From Prorocentrum cordatum (lineage: Eukaryota): 64,000 nucleotides of DNA. The stretch's first letter is position 1, and the number at the start of each line of letters is the position of its first letter. The translations under genes and the position numbers were made by a program. Shown in pieces: positions 63,321 through 64,000 of the stretch. The notes under the pieces are model-generated. The model was not told where the DNA came from and ran no database searches. It saw only the letters and a program-made list of their open reading frames with translations. The stretch lies in assembly GCA_963575745.1 (NCBI GenBank), contig CAUYUJ010000335.1, positions 1-64,000 of the forward strand, in the 5' to 3' direction.

Positions 63321-63664
63321 GTATCACTCGTTTTAGCAGTGGCCGCACTCATACGAACAAACATCGTCGACACTGGCTTGACACCCATAAACGGAACATT
63401 TCAGAACCATTCCCTCCCATGGGTTTCGGGTCCTCAATCGGCTGTCCAGCGGCCGTTCGGGACGATCCGGGCGGCCCCGCACGCCTCCCGGTGAGGCGCA
63501 GCTCCTGGGAATCATCCCGAAGCGGGGGAACCCTGCAGAAAACGGCGAAACCCTGGAAACCAGCGGAACCTTGCCCTCAGCTTGACGTTGCATCCTCACG
63601 TTGTCTTCGTGATGATTGGGCGATTGAGAATGGGAGAAGGTCGTCATCGTTCTCTTCGTCCGAA

Positions 63665-63810
63665 TCTTCCTCGTCATCGTTGTCCTCCTCTTCCTCCTCC
63701 TCTTCATCCTCCTCCTCCTCCTCTTCCTCCTCCTCCTCGTTTTCCTCCTCCTCCTCTTCCTCCTCCTCCTCCTCCTCCTCCTCCTCCTCCTCCTCGTCCC
63801 CATCCTCCTC
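63665..63810. repeat. (CCT)n microsatellite
   Basis: Read directly from the sequence. Confidence 0.95.
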
Positions 63811-64000
63811 GTTTTCTTTTTCCTTGCCCTTTGCATTTGAAATCAGTGCCCGCGCGCGCCACAATGAGTATGAACACCGCAACGTTCACATAATTACTAC
63901 ACAAGGCCCGCGTGCGCATTCAGTGCCCGCATACACCCCCCAGCGCCTGCAACTGCGAGCGCCGCGCTCCGACCGCCGCGCCAATGCCTGTCAGCAACAG

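Noticed and set aside
59763..63494. Long poly-Thr/Ser/Leu/Val ORFs
   Set aside because: They are translations of the (TAG)n satellite.

Overview
GC-rich, repeat-dense eukaryotic DNA, almost certainly a dinoflagellate nuclear genome: near-perfect dinoflagellate spliced-leader (DinoSL) relics are present. The window has three zones. (1) Positions 1-5925 form one giant palindrome folding on a single base at 2961; it may be real or a long-read fold-back artefact. (2) Positions ~5500-20045 are three ~4.85-kb tandem units. Each carries an intronless minus-strand gene for a secreted protein (signal peptide, DNRLRE/CBM96-like domain, Pro-Thr-Ser-Ser stalk, GDPH/VWD-like C-terminal domain). Each gene begins with a full-length genomic SL relic plus an older relic, and is boxed by two inverted copies of a ~150-bp element with 21-bp terminal inverted repeats. 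The spacers are a mosaic of small TA-flanked MITE/fold-back elements. Only the third gene copy has an open frame. (3) Positions ~20-64 kb are a degenerate patchwork of dispersed repeats, mini- and microsatellites and decayed ORFs, including three GT32-like glycosyltransferase copies, a duplicated Gly/Tyr/Asp/Lys-rich ORF, duplicated orphan ORFs and possible OB-fold remnants. I recognised no transposase, reverse transcriptase, rRNA, tRNA or CRISPR. All domain calls are by-eye motif recognition; no database searches were run.
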